Both the position numbers and the translations under genes were made by a program. The notes under the pieces are model-generated. The model was not told the DNA's origin. It saw only the letters and a program-made list of their open reading frames with translations, and searched no databases. DNA of 41,358 nt. Source: Stramenopiles sp. TOSAG23-3 (Eukaryota). Where the stretch lies: the NCBI GenBank assembly GCA_900128585.1, contig LT642178.1, positions 1 through 41,358 of the forward strand. The letters are read 5' to 3'. Positions 9,702 to 20,696 of this stretch are shown in pieces. The first letter of the stretch is position 1, and every line of letters starts with the position of its first letter.

Positions 9702-10421
9702 ATGAGGGGGCGTGGTGTGGCGTGCGCCATTTTGTTAGCGGTGGTTCTGGTAGCCTTTCCGTACTTTGCCGCTGGGGGGGGGGTGAACCAAGATGTAAAA
9801 AGAAAGCGCGATGCCAAGGGGAAAGCTAGGAAACGGTTTTTGGATAAGCATGGGATCGTTTTCGATTCTTACGGGAGAGTGCTTCGTTTTGGAAAGGTGC
9901 CGTTAAAATACAGTTGCGAGGAGTCGCCGAAGTCAGGGTGGTACTGTAAAGTCACGAAAAGTGAAGACCGAAAGTACACAACGAAAGAGGAAGAGCGTCG
10001 CTCGAAAATGATCAAATTGGACAAACAGGCCGAGCTGGATGCTCAGTACGGGAGTCAAAGCAAGGATGCCAAACGCGAGAAGCGCCTTAGGAAGGAAAAC
10101 AGAAGGCGATGCGCGCTGTACAAAGACTGGCTGACGCAGTACAGAAAGGACGAAGGCACGGACAAGAAAGGGTTCTTCAAATATTTGCAGAAGGAGTTTG
10201 TGGATTTCCACTCTCTGAAAAGGATCCAACCGGGCTCCAGAGGGAAGAGAAAGTCGAAGAAATTGTTTCGAAACATTGCCAGGGAGATCCATTCCGATAA
10301 ATTGCCAGACACCTGCCGAGACTCAGAAATGAAGGAAATGATGTCAACAATACTTGGAAAATGCGAAAAAATTAAGGACTGTATCGCGGAACCGCACACT
10401 TGTGCAGAGGATGAGCTTTAG
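9702..10421 (+). CDS. ER-lumenal protein with degenerate J-domain-like C-terminus
   Basis: Signal peptide (MRGRGVACAILLAVVLVAFPYFAAG). KKLFRNIAREIHSDKLP resembles J-domain helix II plus HPD. C-terminal EDEL. Confidence 0.7.
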   Translation: MRGRGVACAILLAVVLVAFPYFAAGGGVNQDVKRKRDAKGKARKRFLDKHGIVFDSYGRVLRFGKVPLKYSCEESPKSGWYCKVTKSEDRKYTTKEEERRSKMIKLDKQAELDAQYGSQSKDAKREKRLRKENRRRCALYKDWLTQYRKDEGTDKKGFFKYLQKEFVDFHSLKRIQPGSRGKRKSKKLFRNIAREIHSDKLPDTCRDSEMKEMMSTILGKCEKIKDCIAEPHTCAEDEL

Positions 10422-10435
10422 GAGTTTCGAGTGTG

Positions 10436-11019
10436 AAAAACAAATTATATCAATAATGCTTTAAAACTCTCATTTTGTTTCGCGTGTGATATGAAAAAAC
10501 AAATTAGTCTAGTAATGCTTTAAAAAAACAATTTATATAAACATACTAAACATACTATATAATTTGTTTTTTATAAACATACTATATATATTTTTTTTTA
10601 TATATATGCGCAAAAATATTTAAAATGAGTAATTAAAAATAACAGCCAAATTTTTCTAGTTTAATGAGAGTCTTAAAACATAAGATACTATAAATTTTTT
10701 TTTTTTATATATGCATAACTTATACAATTAAATAGAGCCTCCTTGGTATGTTTTTTTTTATATTATTAGTATTATGTATGCTTTAAAACTCTCTCATTTT
10801 TTATATTTTATAGTCAAAATTACGATTTCAGTTCCAATAACCCTAGTCCTATCTTGATGTTTTTATTTTGTTTCGTTGATTGTCAATCACTGAGGAATTA
10901 TTTATATTCCAATGAGAAGAATTACTACCAAGTGATAAGTGATCTGTACGCAACAAATCGATCCAAATCCCAGTCAAAGTCCCTGATAATTTCACCCGCC
11001 TCTGGAGACTCATGTGCAA
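10436..11019. repeat. Cluster of convergent-spacer repeat modules; 10733-11019 (minus) is homologous to 25640-25976 (plus)
   Basis: Shared CATCAAGATAGGA.TAGGGTT, GGAACTGAAAT.GTAATT, ATGAGAGTCTTAAAACATA and TAATTCTTCTCATTGGAAT blocks. Confidence 0.85.
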
Positions 11020-11074
11020 AACTTAAATAACAGAAAATATTTTGTTTTTACCATTTGATAATCATACGTGTTTA

Positions 11075-13393
11075 CTACAGGGGTGTCGGTTGCTTTCGCT
11101 CCTCCTGTTGCTGTTCCCATTGCAGCTTTGCACGCATATTGTTGACGTTGTTTTGGACGGTTTGATGCCCCGGCAAGTAAGCTAATGCTTGCTCGTAATG
11201 TTTTAACGCCATCTTCGTGTCCCCCATGTCGTCTGCGATGCTTCCCATGTTGTTCCACACGACACCATTTGCAGGCTCGATCTTTGTCGCCTCTAACAAT
11301 TTTTCGAGTGCCTCATTTTTTCGGCCTATGTCCGAGAGCAGTACGGCTGCATTCACGCTGCCGGATATTTTATTTGGTTCAAGCCCTGTTGCCAAATCCC
11401 ATTGGGCCAATGCCTCGTTCACACGATTCCCGCTCGCTAGGGAGAGCCCGTATTGGTTGCGAACATCAGCTTCGTTCAGTTCCGTCCCGGGTTCCAAGTA
11501 TTTATACTTGTTCATTTCCAAGGTCAGTACGTAATGGTCCAATGCGTCTTGCAAACGCCCCTGCTCGTTTGCGATGTTTGCTGCGGTAAAGTACACTAAC
11601 GGCATCCGACTGTTGTGTTTTATTGCAAGCTCGGACGCCTGCCGAGCCGATTCAATTAGCTGCGGGTCGCCAGCAAAGCCCATGTGCCTCAAGGCATAGA
11701 ATTTGTGCATGTATTCTTGCGCCAAGTACCCGTAGCAATTGGCTATTCCACTCACTTCCATACTCACCGCCATTTTCATATAGCGGATGGCTTCGTCCCT
11801 GCGCGTAAGCGTTGAGTATGCCAAGCCGAGGTTGTAGTAGGCGCTCGGATTCTGAGGGTTTAACCTAATTGCTTTCGTTAACAGTTCACTGGCCCGCTGG
11901 GCATCGTTCGCGTCCCCGCTGCGCAGCAGGACCTGGGCTAAATTGTTCAAGACCTTGACGCTCTCTGGCTCTTCTCTGTAGCCGGCCTCGTATATCGAAC
12001 TTTCGTCCTGCCAATCCAGGTTGCGGGTGTACGTTCCCGATGCCATGAGACAAACGATCACTCCAAACCCTATCCCAATAGGCAAACGAAATCGGCGGCT
12101 TGCGCGTCGCAACAACCCTACCATAGACCCTGGCAACATACGGTCCTCTGCGACACACAAGTCACTCCCAACCTCGTTCGAAAAGGGCGCATAAATGATA
12201 ATCCCAGCCAAAATGCAAAACCCCATGCTTGGAATGTAGAGCAACCGTTCCGCAAGCACTGTGCCTACGTAAAAAAAAATGTTCATCGCGGGGATAAAGG
12301 GTACTAACGCCAATGCTATCGAAAATCGCAACACTGCATTCTCGGAGACAAGTGCGTAGATTCCAAAACAAACAACAGCGATGTAAGCGCATAAAGGTTC
12401 AATCAACGCTGGGTCATGAAAGGACTCAACGTACGGAGTCGCATTGTACCCATGGTCGTACGACAGATGCTTCGGCCATACAAGCATCGAAGCGTAACGC
12501 CCATGAGTTTTTGCGACCGTCAGAGCCCTGGTCTTAAAAGAGTCAGAAAGGCCGATGTGGTTCTCCATGATGGTCCACCGCCGTATGGCATGGTCCTCGT
12601 GAAGGCTTAAACGCAGCTTCAAAAGTACGGCAGTAAGGGTGCAAATGATCCCAATGCGGAGTCCGCTGTCTAGCGATGGGGTTTTAAAGGTTGGGACAGG
12701 CCGAATGACAAAAAAAATCTCATACGCGACCATCAACCCCATTACGGTTGCCCCGATCTCTTTGAATAGTGCAGAAACGACAGCGCAACACACGGCAGCA
12801 CCAACCCACAGGGACACTCGTACAAGTTCAGCCCGACTCTGCAATGCCCGTTGGACCTTTGACGCTTTTGCGTACGCCATCAGGGCCAGCAGCATAAAGA
12901 AGCACGCCACAATGTCTGCGCGCCCAACCAATCCTGCTACGGCTTCCGTGTGCACTGGGTGAAGGGCGAAGATCGTTGCAGCAATTGCAGCAGGGCCAAA
13001 GTGCAGCAAGGTTCTTGTGTACGCATAAAATGTAACACACGTCAACCCATGCAAAATTGCATTGCAAATATGGTAGCCCCCAGCTTCAAGTCCGAAAAAG
13101 TCGTAGTTCCACCGGAACGTAAGCACACAGAACGGCCTGTAACTTTTGTGACTATGCGGGGATGCAATGTTCTTGCCCCAAAAATCATGCCCAAAGACAT
13201 CATGCCACTCTGTATCGCCCACCACGTCTGGGTTTCCCATAATCGCCGCGCGGTCGTCCCAAACGAACCCGGCATCAAACGTTGGCCAGTAGGTCAGGAC
13301 GCTGGACAACAAAATGAAAAGAGCAAACAGCCATTCATAGCGTGTCCCAGGCCAAAGGCCGTTCTCCTCTCTTTCAACCTCACCTGCTGGCAT
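11075..13393 (-). CDS. TMTC: TMTC-family protein O-mannosyltransferase (GT-C fold, DUF1736 plus TPR repeats)
   Basis: FVWDD..AI..NPDV, DFWG..SHKSYRP, HPVHTEAVAGLVGRAD, AERLLYIPSMG and RNLDW motifs, followed by C-terminal TPRs. Confidence 0.93.
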   Translation of the reverse strand: MPAGEVEREENGLWPGTRYEWLFALFILLSSVLTYWPTFDAGFVWDDRAAIMGNPDVVGDTEWHDVFGHDFWGKNIASPHSHKSYRPFCVLTFRWNYDFFGLEAGGYHICNAILHGLTCVTFYAYTRTLLHFGPAAIAATIFALHPVHTEAVAGLVGRADIVACFFMLLALMAYAKASKVQRALQSRAELVRVSLWVGAAVCCAVVSALFKEIGATVMGLMVAYEIFFVIRPVPTFKTPSLDSGLRIGIICTLTAVLLKLRLSLHEDHAIRRWTIMENHIGLSDSFKTRALTVAKTHGRYASMLVWPKHLSYDHGYNATPYVESFHDPALIEPLCAYIAVVCFGIYALVSENAVLRFSIALALVPFIPAMNIFFYVGTVLAERLLYIPSMGFCILAGIIIYAPFSNEVGSDLCVAEDRMLPGSMVGLLRRASRRFRLPIGIGFGVIVCLMASGTYTRNLDWQDESSIYEAGYREEPESVKVLNNLAQVLLRSGDANDAQRASELLTKAIRLNPQNPSAYYNLGLAYSTLTRRDEAIRYMKMAVSMEVSGIANCYGYLAQEYMHKFYALRHMGFAGDPQLIESARQASELAIKHNSRMPLVYFTAANIANEQGRLQDALDHYVLTLEMNKYKYLEPGTELNEADVRNQYGLSLASGNRVNEALAQWDLATGLEPNKISGSVNAAVLLSDIGRKNEALEKLLEATKIEPANGVVWNNMGSIADDMGDTKMALKHYEQALAYLPGHQTVQNNVNNMRAKLQWEQQQEERKQPTPL

Positions 13394-13673
13394 ATTTTTT
13401 GGTCGCTTTCAGGAACTCTTCGTGCGCCGCAATTTTCTCGTTCGCCCTAGCCTGTATTCTCTCCTGGATTTTCCCCTGAAACTTAACTTTTTCGTCTTCA
13501 CCGTCGCGCCACGATAAACCAAGGTAATAACCAAACGGCAAAATTCCAAGTGCCAGAACCCACCTAGCCGAACCAAAAGGGACGTTCTTCTCAGGGCCGG
13601 AGGATAACAAGCGCCTGGAAACAGGAAAATGCGCCTGGACAGTAGCACGTGCGCCAAGGTGTCGGATGAACAT
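13380..13673 (-). CDS. Small (97 aa) putative mitochondrial single-pass membrane protein
   Basis: Arg/Ser-rich, acid-free presequence (MFIRHLGARATVQAHFPVSRRLLSS), one TM segment (WVLALGILPFGYYLGL) and a charged helical tail. Coding-like GC content. Confidence 0.7.
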   Translation of the reverse strand: MFIRHLGARATVQAHFPVSRRLLSSGPEKNVPFGSARWVLALGILPFGYYLGLSWRDGEDEKVKFQGKIQERIQARANEKIAAHEEFLKATKKYASR

Positions 13674-13969
13674 GTAGTGCGTCCTACGGTGTGTTTCGAA
13701 AGAAGTGCAACGGTTTCTTGGGAAGCGAGATGTGCACTTAAATGTTAAATAAATTGTTGAAAGAAGGGAGGTACGATAGCGAGAACTGGCCCCCTGAAAC
13801 TGGATAAAAACAAAGGCGTGTAGAAAAGAAAAAATTATCTAATACTATCATCTGTCTACCTCCTTCTTCTTTTGGTATACGACGACTACAAAATAAAAAG
13901 AAGCAATAATAATAATAATTAAAAAAAAATACAAACAGCGGAGTCGTCTCGACGACGACGACGAACGAT

Positions 13970-14062
13970 GAGAAAGAAGAAGAAGAAGAAGAAGAAGAAG
14001 AAGAAGGAAGAAGAAGAAGGAAGAAGAAGAAGAAAAGGAAGGAGGAGAGGAGATGAGGGAAG
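13970..14062 (+). repeat. (GAA)n microsatellite / polypurine tract
   Basis: Directly visible run of GAA units grading into GGA/AGG. Confidence 0.9.
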
Positions 14063-14761
14063 ATAGTCTAAATAGAAGCGCGTTCCCGCCGTACGTAATA
14101 TACCGTTTATTACCTCACATAAATCGGTATTAATACCTGGTACAGGTACCAACCGGTAAACATCGATAAAATTCGTTCTCTTCATCTACAAGGCGTATCC
14201 CCCACATAAATTCATTTTTTAGTGCTAGCTATTGATAACTGGAATAGATGCGTTATGCGTTCGTAAATAAAATATATAATCCATTTTTTACTTTATTATT
14301 TTATTCTTCTTCTTCTCTTCGGTTTTTTTCTTTCTTTTCCACCGACGACTGACCAGAGCACGCAGCAGCAGTTTTTTTTTTAAATTATTATTATATAATA
14401 ATTTAAAATATTATTATATTATACACAGCACCACCAATTATTCGATAGATTTTATAAAAAAAATGATGATGATGATGGGTATAAAATATTTTATAATATA
14501 TACTACTATTATAAAAAAAAAATATAATAAAAAATAATAACAAATGACTGTTTAAAAAATACCTGTTCTTAATTGATTGTGTACTTGCACTAGTTTTGAT
14601 AAGGTAAATAAATGCAGGCACATTCCGCCATCAGTGTGTCTCACCACTATCAAAGGTAATAATTCCAACAAACTGTATTTCTGTCCCCTGTGTGCAGGTT
14701 GACAACTTTGCGAAGGCACTTGCCTTTAATTTGAGGTGGCTGCAGCCCAACATAGGTAGGA

Positions 14762-16471
14762 ATGGTTCATTGGAAGGAATTTCTAGCGCAACAAGGACAG
14801 ACGGACGTCTTGACTGAAATCCACAGAGCACTCGCAAAACAGAAGTGGGCTACCGTTCGACAGCTTTTGAGTGAATCGCCAAGCAGGGGGAAACAACGAG
14901 CGCCTGGGAAAAAGATGCCCTTGCACTATGCAGTGGAATTTAACGCCCCTGTAGATATTATCGATTCGTTGCTGGAAATCGCACCAAAGGCTCTTAAAAA
15001 AAAGACGTCGAAGAAAGCAGGGGGGAAAATGCCTCTTCACTATCTTATTGAAAATATAAATCAATGCAAGTTCGAGACTTTTGAACTATTTTTGAAACTT
15101 TACCCCAAGAGCGCGACCTTTAGGACCGCAAAGGGGCTGTTACCACTTCATATTGCTGTCATCAAAAATGCTAGGAAACCAGTTTTTGACCTGCTAATAA
15201 AAAAGAACCCATACGCCTGCGATTTAAAAACAAGACAGTGCAAAACGCTTGCCCTGCGCCTGGCAGCAGAGCACAATGTTGATGTGGGTATACGAATGTT
15301 AATATGGAAAAACATGGACTCTGATTGGATTATTGACGCAATTGAGGGCCATTTGTGGAAGGTCGTTAGCAAGTATCTGTTAGAAGAGCATGGTAGACTT
15401 AATACAAAGCGGAAGAGGGATGGGTACAACCCGCTACATTTGGCAATAAAAAACGGGGCGCCAGAAACGACGATCGTAAAAATGATCGCGTTGCGCCCGA
15501 AGTCGGCAAAGGCGCCTTGCAAGCTACACCAGCAGCTTCCGCTCCACATTGCATGCAGCAACCAAGAAATACCGTGTGTTGTGATTGACGCGCTAGTGAA
15601 TGCTTACCATGAAAGTTTAACAAGCCCTGACAAAGGTGGCAACATACCACTCCACACTGCCATTGTTCACAACATGCCTGTAGAGATTATTGCAAGACTA
15701 ATAGAGCACGCACCATGCACGATTGAGTACAAATCTAAAACAAAACTCTCCGAAAAGGCCGTTCATATTGCAGTACGGGCACAGTCATCCCTTGCAACGT
15801 TGCGATTTTTGATTAAAAAAGACCCGGCAAAGGATGAGCAGATAGCTGCACTGCAGCAACATTTTTTTCCAAAGTGGGGCCCCCCGATCCAGCGTTCCAA
15901 GCTGGACCGTACAATTCTTCGGGGCAACACACCGGGGGGGGTGTACCAAAATGGAATGGTTCTCAGTTGGGCATCAGGTTATAAGGTATTGCAGGACAAC
16001 CGACGTTTCATGCGCAGGGAAGACATTGGCGGCTGGTATCCACAGACAACGATCGGGGGACGCCTTATTGTGCCATTTGAAGGTGAAACAAAGGCAAATG
16101 ACGAAGATGAGAGCGAGACAGAGGACAATGAACAGAAGCCTCAAAAGGTCGACACGGGGGGTGACCCGGTAAAAGAACCAAACGATTCGATGCTGCATTC
16201 TGCTGCGCGCTGGGGGCATACCGAAATAGTGAAACTGCTTCTCGAGAGAGGGGCCGACCAGAAGAGTTTAAATAAGAACAAGGACACCCCTCTCCACGCG
16301 GCGGCTTTGAACGGGCACGTAGATGTTGTAAGGATATTGATGAATTCGAACAAGAAGGAATCTATTGCCTGGAAAAATTCACAGGGCTTTATTCCTGAAC
16401 AACTAGCTGGCGAGTGGCCTGAAGTATTGCATCTCTTTACTCGATATAATATGGTCGGTTGGGTTGCCTGA
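14762..16471 (+). CDS. Ankyrin-repeat protein
   Basis: Repeated MPLHYA, LPLHIA, NPLHLA, IPLHTA and TPLHAAA..GH motifs. Confidence 0.9.
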   Translation: MVHWKEFLAQQGQTDVLTEIHRALAKQKWATVRQLLSESPSRGKQRAPGKKMPLHYAVEFNAPVDIIDSLLEIAPKALKKKTSKKAGGKMPLHYLIENINQCKFETFELFLKLYPKSATFRTAKGLLPLHIAVIKNARKPVFDLLIKKNPYACDLKTRQCKTLALRLAAEHNVDVGIRMLIWKNMDSDWIIDAIEGHLWKVVSKYLLEEHGRLNTKRKRDGYNPLHLAIKNGAPETTIVKMIALRPKSAKAPCKLHQQLPLHIACSNQEIPCVVIDALVNAYHESLTSPDKGGNIPLHTAIVHNMPVEIIARLIEHAPCTIEYKSKTKLSEKAVHIAVRAQSSLATLRFLIKKDPAKDEQIAALQQHFFPKWGPPIQRSKLDRTILRGNTPGGVYQNGMVLSWASGYKVLQDNRRFMRREDIGGWYPQTTIGGRLIVPFEGETKANDEDESETEDNEQKPQKVDTGGDPVKEPNDSMLHSAARWGHTEIVKLLLERGADQKSLNKNKDTPLHAAALNGHVDVVRILMNSNKKESIAWKNSQGFIPEQLAGEWPEVLHLFTRYNMVGWVA

Positions 16472-16682
16472 ATGCGTGGCCTGGTTTTATGTATGGTGTG
16501 TCAATAACACATTTTTTTTTTAAATGCGCGTAAAATTTTAAGTCCTTCAGGGGCTTAAACACACAACACACTTCCTTTTCTTCTCATCTCCACCAAAAAT
16601 AATGGCTGCAATAAAGCAATTAAAAAATCAAATATTTTATATTTTAGTATGTTTTAAGACGACGCTCCCTTTTATAATAAAA

Positions 16683-16726
16683 AAAAAACAAAATATATAG
16701 TATGTTTTAAGACTCTCATTTTAAAT
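16683..16726. repeat. Convergent-spacer repeat module (copy of 31979-32022)
   Basis: AAAAACAAA[A/T]TATATAGTATGTTTTAAGACTCTCATTTTAAAT; one mismatch between the two copies. Confidence 0.9.
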
Positions 16727-16754
16727 ACTACTTCAAATCCAACCCTTTTATAAT

Positions 16755-17020
16755 AAAACAAGAAAATTGGCTGTTATTTAAGTAATTACAATTTCTGTAC
16801 TGCGAACTGAACTCTAAATTTCGAACTTATCTTTGACTTTGCTCTTGTGGTGTCTATAAGCTAAATAAAAAAAAAATATAATACTAACTAATTTTGAATG
16901 ATGAATACAAGAAGTCTTATTCTGGAACAAGGAGGAGTTTGGGTTCTTGAACGGTTTTACCTTCTTTTTTCTTTTCTTATTTAAAAATCATACTTAAATA
17001 ACAGCCAATTTTCTTGTTTT
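16755..17020. mobile_element. MITE-like element bounded by perfect 30-bp inverted repeats
   Basis: AAAACAAGAAAATTGGCTGTTATTTAAGTA at 16755-16784 and its exact reverse complement at 16991-17020. TAAT on both flanks. Confidence 0.55.
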
Positions 17021-17302
17021 TAATAACTAAATTTTATTACTTAAATAAACTGAATATAGTTTGGTTTTTTAATAAACTGAATAGGTAATTACAATGCTTT
17101 TTACCGGTCTTGACGGCTGATCTTATTTTCACTCTTAATACCCCAGGAAAGTTTTTACTTTCCACCATGTACGACGAGGTATTCCCTGTACACGGACCTC
17201 TTCACTTATTACACTTCTCTCTGGCACTTTGGTAAGAATTAGTTGAGAAAGTTTGCCCTCTCCTTAAATATATACACCCTCTTCTACTGAATTAGGTTTT
17301 TT

Positions 17303-18967
17303 TTATACACCCTTCTCTACTTGTTTGTCTATTTCTGATTGAAGTTTGTCGCGAAGTTTGTTCGCGAAGTCCTCTGAGTAGCACGCGACCCGTATGCTCA
17401 CACGGGATGGTACAGATTGGTTGAAAGCTTTCATTTTAGAAATCGCAATTTCATGCTCTGGACGGGTCGCGTAGTTCTCTACAACGGAGAAAGCGTACAG
17501 CATGTTGCAACTTTTGTCCGATGATACTTCCAAACCAGTCAAGTGCTGCAAACGTCGGATCTGTAAGCTTGACTCCGCAGTTACTCCCTGAGCTGCCCCA
17601 AGTTTGCTTCGAAACATCAATATGAAGCCGTCTTGAACCGAGCAAAATCGTTCGCTCCACTTGGAGAAGACTTTTTTGCTAGTGACCCGTAGCATCAAAG
17701 TGCCGTATATGGTCGACTTGTCTTGGACAAAACAAAGGTGGCCTTTAATGGTCCCTTGCTTTTGTATTTTAAGTGCAAGTGCGGTCCCTGGTACAACCAT
17801 GACTTGACCACAGGAGCATTTAAACATGTCTTGCCCGTCCGGCGGGACAATTGATTTGCTGCAATTCGGACACTGCAAACGCATCGTCTTCTTTGTCTTT
17901 GGACTGTCATTTGGCCCTTTGCTGGAATGTTTTTTCGGTTCTTTGGGCCCTTCCTTGGCCGCCTGGTCGTGTCTTGCAGCAGCATTATCGAAAAACGCAC
18001 CAAATGCCTCGCTACCCTCCGTACCCTCTTCCCCCCAAGTGACCGGCGAAGAAGACGTCTTGTCCGCGCCCCATTCGAAAGGGCTAGAAGTGCCCGAGTC
18101 CGGGTATGCCTGGTCGTTCGCAGCATTTATTGCCGCAAAATAGTCCATCGAAGAAGAGGGTTCTCTGGTAAGACTTCCCTTCGACGAACTTGCGCGCCTG
18201 CGGCCTCGACCCGTTTTAGGCTTTCGAAGCCCACCGTTCGAATCAATGCTATCACTGGAGGACATTCGGGTCGTAGGCTGAGTTATCGCGCCCACGGATA
18301 ACGGGGAAGTCTGGTGCCCCCGAGGCTTTTGTTGTTCGTTGCTTTCACCAAAGGCGCCAACCAGCCCCGTGGAAATTGGGGACGGCTGTGGCGCGTTTGA
18401 CTGGCTAAAATAATCGAGGGAGCCAACATCTAGCGACAGGCTCGGTCCAGACCTTGCTCTGAAGTTTTTTGCACTTGGGTTTTCGGCAGTCGCGCCTCTC
18501 GTACCGAACAGATCGAACGGGTCGCCCTCACCGTTCCCGTTGGCGTTATCGTTCTGTTGGACGTGTCTGGCGGGTGGTTTGTCAAACGCCCCCCCTTGCG
18601 CCATATTCTGTGCGACAAAAGGGTCAAAACTTTGAGAAGACGGCCTCTTCCGCTGCTCCTGCTGTTGTGGCGGCGGCACCTGGGCGCTACCTCCCGCGAA
18701 GGGATCCAAGTCGTGGTGTATCGTTTGTTTGGCTTGCTGACGAGACACTGCTTGGTCGCGCAAGTTTTGCATTGCGGCCATCGACTTCGGTGCCGCTTTG
18801 CTTTGTGGCGCGCGTGGTGCTTCAGTAGGGTCTCCAAATGGGTTCAGTCTCGCGAGGGCATCTTGGGATTGCCGTAAGTTCTTCATGTTTGGTATTTTTT
18901 GTGCTGCCCCACCCCTGCCTCCAAATGCCGTGTTATTGGCAAATGGGTTGCTATTCTGACGTTGCAT
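17303..18967 (-). CDS. Putative endocytic adaptor: NPF/DPF motifs, Zn ribbon, C-terminal PH-like domain
   Basis: Two NPF and three DPF motifs in a disordered N-terminus, then CPNC-x13-CSCG, then GTLMLR..KKVFSKWSERFCSV (PH beta1-beta2-like). Confidence 0.75.
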   Translation of the reverse strand: MQRQNSNPFANNTAFGGRGGAAQKIPNMKNLRQSQDALARLNPFGDPTEAPRAPQSKAAPKSMAAMQNLRDQAVSRQQAKQTIHHDLDPFAGGSAQVPPPQQQEQRKRPSSQSFDPFVAQNMAQGGAFDKPPARHVQQNDNANGNGEGDPFDLFGTRGATAENPSAKNFRARSGPSLSLDVGSLDYFSQSNAPQPSPISTGLVGAFGESNEQQKPRGHQTSPLSVGAITQPTTRMSSSDSIDSNGGLRKPKTGRGRRRASSSKGSLTREPSSSMDYFAAINAANDQAYPDSGTSSPFEWGADKTSSSPVTWGEEGTEGSEAFGAFFDNAAARHDQAAKEGPKEPKKHSSKGPNDSPKTKKTMRLQCPNCSKSIVPPDGQDMFKCSCGQVMVVPGTALALKIQKQGTIKGHLCFVQDKSTIYGTLMLRVTSKKVFSKWSERFCSVQDGFILMFRSKLGAAQGVTAESSLQIRRLQHLTGLEVSSDKSCNMLYAFSVVENYATRPEHEIAISKMKAFNQSVPSRVSIRVACYSEDFANKLRDKLQSEIDKQVEKGV

Positions 18968-20696
18968 TGCGTTTCTTGAAACGAAGCTGCACTCGAATAG
19001 TTACACGTATCTGCGCAGAATGAATATATAACTGCAGTCGCCGTTTCGGCAGGTTGGACTTTTTTGTTTTACGAAGCTCGATCTGTCTCCTTCTCTTTTG
19101 AAAGTTTCAGGTTTTAAGTAGACAAGATATATCTATACAAACATCTCTCTTTTTTTGCAATAAATAATAATGTTGTTGTCGCTGATGATGAAAAAACATT
19201 TTCGTACTTCTTGGTACGGTAGGGTACAGGTATAATACAAGGCACACGTATTATTATTATACATGGTGGGTACACTATATAAAATAAATTATTATACTAA
19301 CCCATCACAACAAAATAGAATACCATGAAGTACAAAATAAACAGTAAGAACCAATACAAGAAAACAATAAAATTGTACTACAGTAATAAAATAAGAAAAT
19401 TTTTAGACATTGTACTTCTTATTATTAGTCGTCTAATTAGTTTATCTAACAGATTACAGAATATATAAATATCATTATAGAGTACTAGCATATATAAATA
19501 TCATTATAGAAAATAGCATATAAATAACAATGAGGAGGTGCAATCGGAATCTGAACATCTCAGCGGCGGCGTGGCATCATTTCTTGATTGACCTATTATT
19601 GACCTAGACTATACAGTAGCATTCATTTATTTTGGATTGTAAAATAATCTCATTTTTTAGACGACTTTTACAGTTATACTGTTTATTATACCATATAGAG
19701 ACTAATAAAAATATAATAATTTGACTGTAATTATTGTTTTTATTTTTTCATTTTTGTTGTTGTTGTTACTGTATTGTTTTTTGTTGGGGATCTTTTTTTT
19801 TTGTGTGTAAAAGAGTGTAATACTGTATGAAAGAAGAAGGACTACGGAATTATCTTATTTTTTTTCACTCGAAATGAAAAAATAGAGTTATTCATCGGGT
19901 ACAGTGTACATTAATACAGTATATGGATTCTTCTTTTTAATTTTTTTTTTTTAAAACAAGAAGAAGCTTTTGTTGTTGACAGTCGTTTGTGCAACTCGAA
20001 TGAATTGCTTCCACCACCATTCATTTTTATAAGACCATAGCATAATACCAAATGAAAAATTATTTTTCTTATTTATATGTATATATTATTATACTATTGA
20101 ATACCTATATATTGCGTTCAAACTCATGTTCCTGAGATCATATATATACTGAAGCTCTGCTACTCCTATGTATAAACGATTAAATATCCTTCAATAAGAT
20201 TAATGTTTGTTACATGTAATATACTTACATATGTTGTATTATATTATTATATATGTTTCTATGCATTTATAATGTAAATATATGTTTTAAACATTTGTTT
20301 TTACAGCCAACCAACCAATTCCATTCTATTTCTATATTAACAGTCTTTATTATTCATGATATCTATTGTATTCCTATGTTAAATAAAAATAGAAGAAACA
20401 AACCAACAATAGAAAACAATTTCCACTTCTAAAACATTTAACATTTGAGATGATATTCGTATGTTATGTTTTTTTTCTTCCATAGAACAACTCGTGCAAG
20501 GAACGTCTAGTCAATTAACCATCCCACAGACTTTCCTATTCATAATGTCGGTGGTAGCAGACTTGTTCATAGAGCCGGTACAAAAAGTAATAAGCTTGCA
20601 GGGGGTTTCTGAAACGATTCTAATCAATTGTAATATTTGGAAACAAGTAGTTTTTTCTTTTTCTATTCATCAAACAAACCAAACACATACGTAAAC

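Noticed and set aside
19529-19615. Small GC-rich patch with ATGAGGA...CTGA (C/D snoRNA-like)
   Set aside because: Degenerate box C, no terminal box D or stem, and no rRNA-complementary guide I could recognise.
20637-20696. N-terminal extension of RPS4 in the ORF track
   Set aside because: It comes from a TTG start. The conserved eS4 begins at ATG 20697.
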